Of a stretch of DNA of 64,000 nt, positions 36,680-49,392 are shown in pieces. Under the pieces are notes generated by a model. That model made no database searches. It was not told the origin of the DNA and saw only the letters and a list, made by a program, of their open reading frames with translations. This stretch comes from Mobula hypostoma. Lineage: Eukaryota. Location of the stretch: the NCBI RefSeq assembly GCF_963921235.1, contig NC_086097.1, positions 227,790,001-227,854,000 of the forward strand. The letters are read 5' to 3'. Every line of letters starts with the position of its first letter. The stretch's first letter is position 1. The translations under genes were made by a program, and so were the position numbers.

Positions 36680-39078
36680 TAAGACCATAGACCATAAGAT
36701 TTAGGAGCAGAAGCAGGCCATTCGGCCCCTCGAGTCTGATCCGCCATTTAATCATGGGCTGATCCACTTCATCCAGTCATCCCCACTCCCCTGCCTTCTC
36801 TCCTTACCCTTTGATGTCCTGGTTAATCAAGAACCTATCTATCTCTGCCTTAAATACACCCAATAAGTTGGCCTCCACATCCGCTTGTAGCAACAAGTTC
36901 CACAGATTTACCACCCTCTGACTAAAATAATTTCTCCGCATGTCAGTTCTAAAAGGACGTCCTTTAATCCCCTATCTTGGGAAATAACTTTGCCATATCT
37001 AAACTGTTCAGGCCTTTTAACATTTGGAATGTTTCTATGAGATCCCCCCTCATTCTCCTGAACTCCAGGGAATACAGTCCAAGAGCGGCCAGACGTTCCT
37101 CATACAGTAACCCTCTCATTCCTGGAATCATTCTCGTGAATCTTCTCTGAACCCTCTCCAATGTTGGTATATCCTTTCTAAAATAAGGAGCCCAAAACTG
37201 CACATAATACTCCAAGTGTGGTCTCACGAGTGCCTTATAGAGCCTCAACATCACATCCCGGCTCTTATATTCTATACCTCTAGAAATGAATGCCAACATT
37301 GCATTCGCCTTCTTCAAAACCGACTCAACCTGACGGTTAACCTTTAGGGTATCTTGCACAAGGACTCCCAAGTCCCTTTGCATCTCTGCATTTTGAATTC
37401 TCTCTCCATCTAAATAATAGTCTGACCGTTTATTTCTTCCACCAAAGTGCATAACCATACACTTTCCAACGTTGTATTTCATTTGCCACTTCTTTGCCCA
37501 TTCCACTAAATGATCTAAGTCTCTCTGCAGGCTCTCTGTTTCCTCAACACTACCCGCTCCCCCACCTATCTTTGTATCATTGACAAATTTAGCCACAAAT
37601 CCCTTAATACAGTAGTCCAAATCAATGATATACCTCATTAAAAGTAACACTGACCCCTGTGGAACTCCACTGGTAACCAGCAGCCAGCCAGAATAGGATC
37701 CCTTTATTCCCACTCTCTGTTTTCTGCCGACCAGCCAATGCTCCACCCACGCTAGTAACTACCCTGTAATTCCATGGGCTCTTATCTTGCTAAGCAGCCT
37801 CATGTGCAGTAGCTTGTCAAAGGCCTTCTGAAAATCCAAGTACACCATATCCACTGCATCTCCTTTGTCTACCCTGCTTGTAATTTCCTCAAAGAATTGC
37901 AGTAGGTTTGTCAGGCAGGATCTTCCTTTCAGGAAACCATGCTGGCTTTGGCCTATCTTGTCATGTGCCTCCAGGTATGCTGTAATCTCTCCCCTAACAA
38001 TCAATTCCAACAACTTCCTAACCACTAATATCAGGATAATAGGTCTATAGTTTCCTTTCTGCTGCCTCCCACCCTTCTTAAATAGCAAGGTAACATTTGC
38101 AATTTTCCAGTCATCCAGTACAATGCCAGAATCTATCGATTCTTGAAAAATCACTGTTAATGCCTCCACAATCTCTCCAGCTATTTCCTTTAGAACCCAA
38201 GGGTGCATTCCATCAGGTCCAGGAAATTTATCCAAACTCAGACCATTAAGCTTCCTGAGCACCTTCTCAGTCTTAATTTTCACTGCACAAACCTCACTTC
38301 CCTGACACTCTTGAATGTCTGGTGTACTGCAGACGTCTTCCACTGTGAAGACCGATGCAAAATACACATTCAGTTCCTCTGCCATCTCTGCATCTTTCAT
38401 TACAGTATTGCATCATTTAGTATTGATCCTATATCTACCCTTGACTCTCTTTTATCCTTTATATAATTAAAAAACCTTTTAGTATCTTCTTTGATATTAG
38501 TCACCAGATTCCTCTCATAATTCATCTTTCCTTCCTAATGACCTTCTTAATTTCCTTCTGCAAGTTTTTAAAGGCTGTCCAATTCTCTATCTTCCCACTA
38601 GCTCTGGCTTCCTTGTATACCCTCTCTTTTGCTTTCACTTTGGCTCTGACTTCACTTGTCAGCCATGGTAGTGTCCCTCTTCCCTTTGAAAATTTCTTCT
38701 TATTTGGAATATATCTGTCTTGCACTTCCCTCATTTTTCACAGAAGCTCCAGCCATTGCTGCTCTGCTGTCCGTCCTGCAAATGTCCCTTTCCAGTTAAC
38801 TTCGGCCAGTTCCCCTCTCATGCCATTGTAATTTCCTTTATTCCACTGAAATACCGACATGTTAGATTTTATTTTTTCCCTCTCAAATTTCAAAGTGAAC
38901 TCAATCATATTGTGATCACTATTCCCTAAGGGTTCCTTAACCTTAAGCTGTCTTATCACCTCCGGATCATTGCACAACCCCCAGTCTAGCACAGCCGATC
39001 CCCTAGTGGGCTCAATAACAAGCTGTTCTAAAACGCCATCCCTTAGACATTCTACAAATTCTCTCTCTTGAAGTCCAT
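36680..39078 (-). mobile_element. CR1 LINE ORF2 (~2.4 kb, broken into ORFs 36964-37746, 37759-38400, 38522-38734, 38738-39109)
   Basis: GPDGMHP, GNYRPI, QHGFLKGRSCLTNL, YLDFQKAFDK, SGVPQGSVL, HLEYYVQFWAP; LGNSDHNMIEF (EN C-terminus); (tcttatgg)-type tail. Confidence 0.92.
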
Positions 39079-39080
39079 TA

Positions 39081-40295
39081 CAGGTGTCCCCTGCTTTTCG
39101 AAACCTCACTGTTACAAAAGACCTACATTAGTTCCCTGTTTTCGCTAACAGAAGGTGTTTTCACTGTTACGAAGAAAGGCAGCGCGCGAAAAAAGCAGCG
39201 CGCGCCCCAAGCAGCCACTCTCCCCCGGATTCGGAACTGCATTCTCACCAGCGTTGCTTAAACACGTGCCTGTGAGCAGCCGTTTGCAAGATGAGTTCTA
39301 CGGTATCGGAAAAGCCTAAAAGAGCTCTTCAGGGTGTTACACTTAGTGTAAAACTAGACATAATTAAGCGTTTCGATCGTGGTGAACGAAGCAAGGACAA
39401 AGTGAGTTTGGCTTGTGGAAGCTGACGAAGATGATGTTGAAGAGGTTTTGGCATCCCATGACAAAGAGCTGATAGATGAAGAGCTGATGCAACTGGAAGA
39501 GGAAAGGATAACAATTGAAACCAAATTCAGTAGCGAAAGTGAAGTCGTCCAGGAACTGAACGTGAAGCAACTGCGTGAGATTTTCGCTGCAATGATAAAG
39601 TACGACTTGAATTTTGAAAGGGTATGTCGGTTTAGGGCATACAGTATTTGCAAGATGGTTTGAGTGCTTACAAAGAACTGTAAAATGCGCGAGGCTCAGC
39701 AGTCAAGCATACCTTCCACATCAGCCACAGCAGACAACGAACCTTGACCTTCGACATCGAGGCGGGCAGACATAGAAGAAGATGAGCTGCCTGCTCTAAT
39801 GGAAACAGACGACACCCCAGTGTCCCACCATCCCAACCCCCAGGCCGCGGACAGATACCGATTTGCGGAGAATGCAGCGGTAGCCGGGAGGCACACAGCA
39901 CATCTTCAAGAAAAAAGCCGAAATAAACATGCTAATTAATTAGGTGCCACCTGGCACATAATTCTCAGCCTAGATCAGAGGCGATTGCCATCTGAGACGA
40001 CATCTACGTGCCGTGCGGCACCTAATTAATTAGCATGTTTATTTCGGCTTTTTTTCTTAAAGATGCGCTGAGTGCATTCCGGCTACCACTGTGCCCCTGC
40101 ATGCTTCGCAGCAATGTATCAGTCAGCGGCCTGGAGGGTGGGGGCCACTGCACCACCCAAACTCCCACGACTCAGTCTAACACAACATCATCAGTGTGCT
40201 GGGCAAGCTGTCTTCCTAATTCCCAGAAGTGCTACTACACTGTACATACTTTATTTCTACTTTATATAGGCTGTGTATTGATCATATCATTCCTG
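39081..40295 (+). mobile_element. Tigger/pogo-type non-autonomous DNA transposon (right end lost)
   Basis: TA+caggtgtcccc terminus; VTLSVKLDIIKRFDRGERSKD (CENP-B/psq-type HTH) joined to acidic C-terminal EDDVEEVLASHDKELIDEELMQLEE; DDE domain absent. Confidence 0.7.
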
Positions 40296-40605
40296 AGGTG
40301 ATAGGTGAAATTGGGAGGAAGATGGAGCAAAGAGCTGGTAAGCTGATTGGTGAAAGAGATAAAGGACTGAAGAAGGGGGAATCTGATGGGAGAGGGTAGA
40401 AGACCATGGAAGATAGGGAAGGGGGAGGAGCACCAGTGGGAGGTGATGGCAGGTAAGGAGATAAGGTGAGAGAGGGAAATGGGAAAGGGAGAATGGTGAA
40501 GTGGGGGTGGGGGGAATTACCAGAAGTTCGAGAAATCGATGTTCATCCTATCAAGTTGGAGGTGGAGTAGCCTACAACCTGATGGAATGAACATTGATTT
40601 CTCAA
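40296..40605 (-). mobile_element. Penelope terminal-repeat fragment(s)
   Basis: Reverse of the pyrimidine-rich UTR and DxMNIDFSNFW end, abutting a short plus-strand gtagcctacaacctgatggaatgaacattgatttctc. Confidence 0.7.
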
Positions 40606-40617
40606 GCTTATCTCCTA

Positions 40618-41320
40618 AAGGCTGATTTATACTTGTGCATACTAGCTTATGCAAGTGGCCTCCGCCGTTGTGAGCATTTTAACTTGTGCGTTGGTGTGTC
40701 TGCGTCTCTCTGCAATTCACTGCCAAAACGCCAGTTGGCGGTGGGGTTTCTATGCCACTGGGTTGAGTTTCTTCGTGTTGAAACTCAACACGAAGAAACT
40801 CAAACTTCAAACAATGGCGACTGAAACTGAAGGAGGGTGAATTTTCTGTGCCTGTCCGGCCACTGAGAGACATGGATGAGGAAATGCATTTCAAATATTT
40901 TCAGATGTCGGCAGGTAGATTTGACAATTTGGTTCATCGTCTCCAACCATTTATTTCTCATCACTGGTACGCACAGTATTCTCAGAGACTGGCAATCACC
41001 ATTCGAGTTTTAGCTTCAGGTGGAAGTCAACAGGCTGTAGCAGCTAGCTACAAACTGGTGTCAAGCACAGGGTCCTCCATAATTTCGGCGGTCTCTAAAG
41101 CTTTATGGAAAGCATTGCAGCCAGAGTTCCTTCCCTGCCCTTCAGTCGCCCAATGAGAAGCTATTGCAGAGTAGGAGGAAATGTGATGTTACCAGGTGGA
41201 CCAATCACAGTTGTTCGGTCTGCGTTGCTGCAAAGCATAGTTACATTTTGGGTGGAGTGCGCGTTAGGCTATGGCGTAGGGTTCAATCTAGAGTACAGCG
41301 TAGGGTATGCCCCGATTCAA
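40618..41320 (+). mobile_element. PIF/Harbinger transposon derivative with transposase N-terminal remnant
   Basis: Terminus aggctgatttatacttg; ORF 40848-41156 [15 protein letters not shown]...[37 protein letters not shown] is HARBI1-like. Confidence 0.7.
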
Positions 41321-41324
41321 AATC

Positions 41325-41935
41325 ACCCAAAGTAGCAATAAAGAATGGAGCATCCTGAAACCAGGAACATGTCAGAACATGAACTAGAGTCCTAACCACA
41401 AACTGCACTGATTAAACCTTGCTCCGGCACCATCCTCTGACAGTACCGAGGGGGAGAGAGATCATTCAAATGCAGGTACCCTCCTCCAACAGCAGTGAGC
41501 GGGAGGGAAAGCGAGACCATCACACGCAGACACCTTCCTCCAACAGCAGTGAGGGAGTGGCTGGCAGAAGGTGCTGATCACCCACTCGCCTTCCACTCAC
41601 TCTTCAATAATTTCAAATTTCATCGACGCATTAATCGGCGAGAAATGGAGTTGATCATGGGCTCACACCCCGCCTCTAGACTTCTTGACCTTGAGACCGC
41701 GCACTTCACTCGAAGCTTCATGGAGCCCTCTTGGAGACAGCAAAGCACCAGATGGCTCAATTGGCCCGAAAGCACACCACCAAAACGGAGATCACCGGTG
41801 GAACACAGGCCACAACAGTAGCGGAAGTTCATTTGAAGGAAAAAAAAGACGTAAACGAAGTGAAAGAAGTAGTTTCATGAACCGTCTGGAGGATGTCGTC
41901 CTCGGTTGCATTGTTCGCTGGTGCCATCTTCTTTC
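41325..41935 (-). mobile_element. Non-coding retroelement starting AAGATGGC
   Basis: Minus 5' end aagatggcaccagcgaacaa resembles aagatgccactggcgaacaa of the 28212-29154 element; internal repeat cctccaacagcagtgag. Confidence 0.45.
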
Positions 41936-42389
41936 GGAAGAAAACTTAGCAAATTCCGGGAAACGTAGCCGTCTCCCTGCGAGTGCTGCTGTCTGTTGAA
42001 ATGAATGGAGTAGTGGAACGTCTGTATCTGCATCGGGTCCACCCTGGCAGACGTTCAGACAGCTGATTTTACAATGTGTCAGGAGATTGTAGGAGTTCAC
42101 AATTACATTTTGGACTTATTTCAGCATTGACCACAATGAATGCGACAACTGCTATCAGCTGTGCAGAAATTAAAGACCTCCATGACAGTACGTTTTGTGC
42201 AACAGGTTTGAAACGCCTCACAGTCATGGATCTGTTAACTCTTTAGTGGGAATTCTCGGCCATTGAAGAACACAAGGCCATGGGCACCGTGAGTTTACAG
42301 AGGTTTGTGCTGGAGAAGATACTGACTTCACAGAAAATGCTATTAATATTCAGCAAGCCAGGCAGCAGAGAAATAGAGTTACTGTTTCA

Positions 42390-44360
42390 AGTCCCATCGA
42401 CCTTTACCAATTTTTATCAACGCACCACAAGAATTCTATCTGATTGCATCATGGCTTGTTATGGTAACTGACAATGGCATGTGACAGCAAGGAATTGCAG
42501 AGAGTTGTGGCACAGGCCAGAATCCGAATCAGAACCAGAATCAGAATCAGGTTTAATATCACTGCCATATGTCGTGATATTTGTTGTTTTACTGTAGCAG
42601 AACGTTGCAACACGTAATAAAAAAGAAAAAAATAACATTATGAAATATGTATTAAAATTAAATTAAATAAGTAGTGCAAAAATATAAAAGCAAGGTTGTA
42701 ATGTTGAAACTTTATCAAGCTCTGGTGACGTCTCACTTGCACGATTCGGGCCCCTTATCTTAGAAGGGATGTGCTAAAACTGGAGAGGGTTCAAAGGAGA
42801 TTCATGAAAATGATTCCAGGATTGAATGGCTTATCATATGAAGAGCATTTGATGGCTCTGGCCCTGTAGAGAGCAAAGAAAGTAAAAAGGTCGTGAGGTG
42901 TTGTAGTGTTCATGGGTCAGTGGCTGTTCAGAAATCTGATGGGAGAGGGGAGGAAGCTGGTTCTAAAACTTTGAGTGTGTTGAGTGCATCACATAAACCA
43001 ACTGCTCCTACATGGACTCTGTCTATGCTTCTTGCTACGTCAGTAAAACCACCAGCCTAATCAAAGACTCCCACCCACTGGACATTCTCTCTTAGACCAT
43101 TGGTCAGGAGCAGAATTATTCCATCTGGCTCATCAAGTCTGCTCCATCATTTCATCATGGCTGATCCAATTTTCTTCTCAGCCCTAATCTCCTGCCTTCT
43201 CCCCGTATCCCTTCATGCCCTGACCAATCAAGAATCTATCAACCTCTGCCTTAAATATACATACAGACTTGGGCTTCACAGCTGCCTGTGGCACCAAATT
43301 CTATAGATTCACCACTCTCTGGCTAAAGAAATTACTCCTCATCTCCACTCTAAAAGGACAACCCTCTATTCTGAGACTGCTTCCTCTGGTCTTGGGTTCT
43401 CCCACCATAGGAAACATCCACTATGTCAAGGCCTTTCACTATTCAGTAGGTTTCAATGAGGTCACCCCTCATTCTTATGAATTTGGAATACAGGCCCAGA
43501 GCCATCAATGCTCTTCATATGACAAGCCGTTCAATCCTGGAAACAGTTTGTGAACCTCCGTTGAACCTTCTCCAGTTTCAGCACATTCTTTCTAAGATAA
43601 GGGGCCCAAAATTGTTCGCAATACTCCAAGTGAGGCCCCACTTTACAAAGTCTCAACATTACATCCTTGCTTTTATATCCTAGTCCTCCTGAAACAAATG
43701 CTAACATCTTTTTATTTCATCTGCAAACTTTGCAACAAAGCAATCCAAATAATTAATATATAATGTAAACAGAATTGGTCCCAACACAGATCCCTGTGGA
43801 ACATCACTAGTCACTGGCAGCCAACCAGAAAAGGCTCCCTCTATTCCTAGTCTTTGCATCCTGCCAGTCAGCCACTGCTTTACCCATCCTAAAATCTTCT
43901 CTGTAATACCATGGGCTCGTAGCTTGTTAAGCAGCCTCATGTGTGGCACCTTGTCAAGGGCCTTCTGAAAATCCAAGTACACAACATGTACTGATTCTCC
44001 TTTGTCTATTCTGCTTATTGTTTCTCTCTTCTCCTCTTCTCCCCTTCTCCCATCAGGCAGAAGATATCATCAGGCTCAAGGACAGCTCCTAACCTACTAC
44101 TATCAGAGTCTTGAATGGACCTCATGTACAATAAGATGGACACTTGACCTCACCATCCACTGTGTTATGAGCTTAAACCTTATTGTCTAACTGCACTGCA
44201 CATTATTTGTGGCTGTCACACTTTATTCTGCATTGTTGTTGTTTTACTTTGTTCTACCTCAATGCACTTCGTAATAATTTGATATGTATGAACCACTTGC
44301 AAGCTTTTCACTGCTTCTTGGTACATTTGCAATAATAAACTAATACCAACATCAAGTCCA
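42390..44360 (+). mobile_element. Rex1/Babar 3' end fragmented by nested insertions (Rex tail - 42522-42985 containing CR1 + 42690-42868; CR1 - 43096-44022)
   Basis: TFTNFYQRTTRILSDCIMACYGN, IKDSHPLDI.., LPSGRRY and the 3' UTR are colinear across the inserts. Confidence 0.6.
43096..44022 (-). mobile_element. CR1 LINE, internally deleted 3' part
   Basis: YLDFQKALDKVPHMRLL, SDVPQGSVLGPILF, KFADE. Confidence 0.85.
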
Positions 44361-44421
44361 AAATGCTTTATAAGATGAAATTCAGAATAAATAGTCTCCA
44401 ATTTGAAAATTTAGCTCTTTC

Positions 44422-44663
44422 TGTTTTGTTTTGTGATTTCAAAGCACTAAACTAATTCAAAGGAAGACATGGGAGTCAAAAGTGTGAGTCTAACTTTGAG
44501 TTTACTGTAAGCAAGGCGTGCACATATCACGTGTGACGACGTAGGCAGTTCATGTATTTATACATATAACCAGTCATGAATTATTTTAAACAAACAATAA
44601 TGCTTAATCAACAACATATTTACAAGATTACTCAAATATTACTTAAATATTAAGTACACCACA
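44422..44663 (-). mobile_element. Possible short solo LTR
   Basis: TG...CA termini on the minus strand, TATA-like and agtaaa signals; no clean TSD. Confidence 0.3.
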
Positions 44664-47595
44664 ATGTCTCTTTCCACTGATGCTGCCTGACCTGCTGATT
44701 GTTCCCAGCACTTTCTGGTTTATTTCAGTTGCCCAGCATCTTCAGTTTTGTGTTTGATTTTCACCATCATGCTTCAACTCAGTCAGCAACTTCAGGAAAA
44801 GCAGGAGCAAAATTACAAATGGTAGGGTGGGGGGGGAGGGATCAGGAGAAAGGCATACTCAGGGCCTCATCATTATTTTCCAGTGAAGTTTCAACAAATG
44901 GAAAGAAAAATTAAATAAAAAGGAGGAGGGTGTCTTTTCAGACATCTTGACTTAACTCTTCAGTGTAGATTGTTCCTGAGTAATTTTACACCGTCTTGTT
45001 ATATTAAGATGCAGATGGAATTTAGTTAGAAAATTGTTTCTATGAACTATGATTTTCTCCATTAGATATATTTGGACAGAAATTGTTTGAGAAATTCCAT
45101 GCAATTATGGCAATAGATGACAGGTAACTGATAATTTTATGGTTTTCATTTAATACCTATTGTGAATATAAACTGTTTAAAATAACTTAGCCAGAACAAA
45201 ACTATATAAAGCAAGCAAAAGCCATATTTTAGTCTGAACTGCATGAAGTCTGTGTCTGTTCAATATTTGTACCATTTGTCCTCATAACACTCACACTTCT
45301 CAATGAGTTCAGTCCAACCGCCGCGGAGACTATAAAATCTACGGTGGCAGAGAATGGGTTTGATTGTTGAAGTGCTGAACAATATAGAAAATGTGCTGAG
45401 CATACTAAAAGCACTCTGTATTACTTGGCACATCTATGGACTGGAAAGCCATGAGAATAGGAGCAGGAAATGAAGAATGCAGAGATAGCTGCCACAGTTC
45501 TCAGAGCGCACTTATGTTTGGGTTTTCGCCTTATTGCTTTTGCCAGATGTATTTTTTTTCTGTTTTTATTGTTGACAGATGATGTGTGGTTTTCTTTGGG
45601 CTTTGCAAGTATTCTTTTTTTGCAGAAAAATATTCAGCTCTGTATTGTGAGAGGGGAAGTTGGCTCAGTAGCACGATAGTAGGCAAGGATGAGAGCTTTT
45701 CTTTATTTGATATATCTGGAAGTTGAAATATCTTAGTTCATTCCTATACTGCCCACAGTCTCACATCTATCTATGTGCTATATAGACCTATTCTTTTGCA
45801 AAATGAATTTCAATTGATTGAAATGTTATCGATCGGGGTACTGATAATCTGGCATTCCATTGCTGGAAATCCCAGAATTCACCCTCTGACTTGTTCATTA
45901 GTCTGGAATGTGAGCTGTGGATCCAGAGTGAAAGCAGTGCAAGTGGCTGAAGCCAACAGTGTACAGTGGCCAGGGTCCAGGCCGTGGCCTTGCGAGCAGG
46001 AGGAGCCAGGGTTGGCGTCTGGAGTTACCAGGAGTCAGGAACATGGGCTGGGACGGAAATCCAGTGTGCCTGTATATTTCCCAGACCCTTCAAACTTACA
46101 GGTTCACTGGAAAGTTTATTATACAGATGTGTAATGTTGTAAACGAAAGTGAACTAAAACTATGGGTATTAATAGGAGTAACATTCTATATAGGAGAAAC
46201 TCGACTATCCAGCACTACCAAAGTCTCAAGAGTGCTGGACAATTGAAGTGGTACTGCATTGGTCACTTACACTGACCTGAGTAGATGAGCAAAGCATATC
46301 TGTGCAAAATGCAAAAACATTAGAAGGATCACCCAAGCTTCACAAATCTCAAAGACAAACTGTATCAGTGCCTACTAAATAATGTCAAATTTTAAGGAAA
46401 GGATTGTTTTTAGATGGTATATATAATGAGGCATGGCTACTCACCAGGCCGTGTCTGCTGTGCTGTCTTACTGGGTTTTCACAGTGAGAGAGTGAGAGAA
46501 AGCAATTACCTAATCTGCATTTGGTTTATTTATTGTAGAGGAAACAACATTGTGAAAACTGAACATAGTACACCAGGCTGAAGGAAGAGTAAGTGATGGC
46601 TGCTTCACTTAGAAAGGCTGCTTGGGTCGGAGGAGTTGAATATTGGAATGGAAAAGTTGAAAACCCTTGTTGTGAGACCTTCTCCTTCTGCATCCTCTCT
46701 TCCATATGTGGTAAAGGGAAGGAGAGGAGACTTGGCACTCCTCTGTATGACTACCTGTTCAAGTACTACCAAATGACCAACCACTGACTGGTAACTTGGA
46801 AGTCGCTTAGGATCCATCATTCAATTCCAAGGCGGGTACCTTTGTGTTTTGAATGTATTTCATTCCCTGTCTGTCCTCAGTCGCGTCCAACTTCCAACAG
46901 CTTAACAGCTCCATCTTTGATACTTTGCTACCTCAAGTAGCCTTCCATTCTTGTTTGAACCATTTCTCCTTCTCTTGCCTTCATCTTCACTCATCGACAT
47001 CCAAAGGACATGAAATTTAGCACGTCTTTTCCTTATATTTTCTAACATAATTATTGCAATTAGTCTCAGTTGCACAAACAGTGTTAAATATTTTGAAGTT
47101 GCATTTTAAAAGAATGCTCATGATTTTCTTCAATGCTATGAACTTTGAAAGAAAAAAAAATGCCTTGAATTTCTATGGTGCACCTCATGTCCTGGGTCCT
47201 GGGATCAGATGTCCATGTGAGCAGGAGGCATAACGACCTGTGACCCCAGATGGTGAGTTCAGAGGTTGAACACCAGAGTTTGGGGTCCTATCATCAATGA
47301 GTCCAGAGTTCAAGGCCAGGAGTTCAGGGTTCTGCCATTGACTGGTCCAGGGGTTAATAGTGAAGATCAAAGCATTGAGATTGTTAATTTCTAAAGTAAG
47401 TACATGATTGGCACAGCATTGTGGGCTGAAGGGCCTGTATTGTGCTGTAGGTTATCAGTGTTTATATGTCTGGAAGTACGAAGTTGATGTCCGATGGCCA
47501 TAGCCCTGGGTGTACGAGTCTGATGCCACTGGGGAAATCGGGAGGCTCATTGTCTGAATCTGTGAGTTACCTGGAAGCCTATCCTGAGGTTGGTA

Positions 47596-47597
<2 letters not shown>

Positions 47598-47645
<48 letters not shown>

Positions 47646-47670
47646 TGAGAGAGAGAGAGAGTGAGTGTGT
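47598..47670. repeat. (TG)n(GA)n compound microsatellite
   Basis: Direct reading. Confidence 0.95.
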
Positions 47671-47741
47671 ATGGGTGGATGGAAGGAAGGGAACGAATTT
47701 ATTTGCTGTTGTTATTTTGTTGTTTGTTGCGTCCTGTTTTG

Positions 47742-48135
47742 TGGCTTTTGAAAGGAAGCTCTCCAAGTACGCAGGACTGGTCAGCAACTGTCAGCAGGCT
47801 GGATGGAGGGCGAGGTGTCTCCCAGTGGAGGTTGGTTATAGGGGATTCATAGCCCGTTCTTTAGTTAGAGCCTTCAGCATTTTGGGCATCAAGGGAGAGA
47901 AGAAGAGGAGAGCCATCCGCAGTACCACCGATGCGGCAGAGAGGCCTCAAGGTGGCTGTGGCTCAAAAGAGGGGAGCCATGGAGTCATAAGTAGCTAGCC
48001 ATCTGGACACAAGCTGGGGTCTGATCAGCCCCAGCCGGGTCACCTGGAGGAAGTTGTATGATGTTGAAAGACCCGAAACACCCGACGATTCCAGGAACAT
48101 CACTGAAGATGTGTCCAGAAGCATCAATAGATGTA
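47742..48135 (+). mobile_element. RLE-clade (R2/Hero/NeSL-like) non-LTR retrotransposon 3' end
   Basis: AFERKLSKYAGLVSNCQQAGWRARCLPVEVGYRGF...WLWLKR, the restriction-like endonuclease C-terminus, plus 3' UTR. Confidence 0.7.
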
Positions 48136-48289
48136 CATACACAGCTGTTGTTTTCTGTGTTGCTGCATGGTGACACTTGTGGGCTGCCCCCAGCACATCC
48201 TTGGGTTGTTTTGGAGGTTAATGCAAACAACACATTTCACTATATGTTTCAATGTACGTGTGATAAATAAATGTATCTAAATCTGTCTC

Positions 48290-48790
48290 TTTAAGGATAG
48301 CCCAAGAAAAAGGTTGTACAGGCAAAGAAATACTTTTGAAGTGCATTCTTGTTGTGATGTTGGAAACACATCTGCCAGCCTGAGCTCAGAAACATCTTAC
48401 AAACAACAATGTGAGAGTGGCCAGATAAACCCATCTCAAAGGAGATGATTGGGGATAAATGTTGGCAGGACATTTGACACGAACTGCGATCCCTTCTTTA
48501 AAATAGTGGCAGTGGCTTTTGTTGTTAATCCTGCAAGGTGGATGGGCTTTCAGTTTAACACTCACCTGGAAGATGGTGGGTGTAGAAGGTTGTTGAAGTC
48601 AATGGAAAAGAATTTCAGAAGCTAGGTTGAAGCAATACACTACACTAAAGTGAATTTAGTGCATGCAATAGAGGAAGTATTTTTACTCTGCACCTCTGAT
48701 CCTCATTGTTCAGAATTCGCTCAACAATGCTCTCAATTATCAACCTAGATTATGCATTCAATGTTCCTGGAGTGTGGGTTTAAGAACTGA
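48290..48790 (-). mobile_element. Decayed Deu-domain SINE (SacSINE1/AmnSINE1-like)
   Basis: ggggataaatgttggcaggaca, ttctttaaaatagtggcagtgg, cagtttaacactcacctggaagatgg and cctagattatgcattcaa resemble the reverse of the Deu domain as I recall it. Confidence 0.5.
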
Positions 48791-49096
48791 GCATGAAGCT
48801 TGCATGTGAAAAAACTCTTTCAACTTGATTGTCCTTATACCGACATTTAGAGACTGGTATCTAAGGTAAGTAAGCTCAGCCTGTGTCTGGCTTTCATTTA
48901 GGCATTATGTTTACGCAACAACCACTCTGCTCAAAGATATGTTAAATACATTAGTGCTGAATTAGAAAATACTTCAGAATTTGGCTTGAATTTAATTTCA
49001 GAACAGTAATTTCCTGGTTCCATTGATGGCATTTCCACTTCAGAGGAACCTGGGTTCATTTTCACTCCACGTAATCTAGGCTGATACTTCAGAGCA

Positions 49097-49308
49097 CAAG
49101 AGATTTTGCAGATGCTGGAAATCCAGAGCAACAGACACAAATTGCTGGACAAAATTAACAGGTCAAGCAGCAGTCATGGAAGTGAATAAACAGTCAACAT
49201 TTTGAGCTGAAACCAATGTCCTGATGCAGGGTCTCAGCCCAAAATATCAACTGTTTATTCCCAGCCATAGATGCTGCTGACCTGCTAAGTTCCTCCAGCA
49301 TTTTGTGC
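49097..49308. mobile_element. Head-to-head pair of short Penelope terminal-repeat ends
   Basis: Minus unit 49097-49215 and plus unit 49218-49308; TSD-like ctgatacttcagagca (49081) / ctgatactctaaagca (49309). Confidence 0.65.
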
Positions 49309-49392
49309 CTGATACTCTAAAGCAGGGTTTCCCAACCTTGAGTCACTAAGTGGATTTGGTAGGTAGGCTTAAGATTAATCGTAAGAGGTTTA

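Noticed and set aside
36964..38400. Longest ORFs (260 and 213 aa; also 50787-51566 and 55980-56648) as host genes
   Set aside because: All are CR1 ORF2 fragments with stops, frameshifts and altered catalytic motifs (e.g. KFVND, KFANV)
45318..45347. GC hairpin ccgccgcgga/tctacggtgg around tataaaa as a promoter or ncRNA
   Set aside because: Short, with a mismatch; no CpG island or other support
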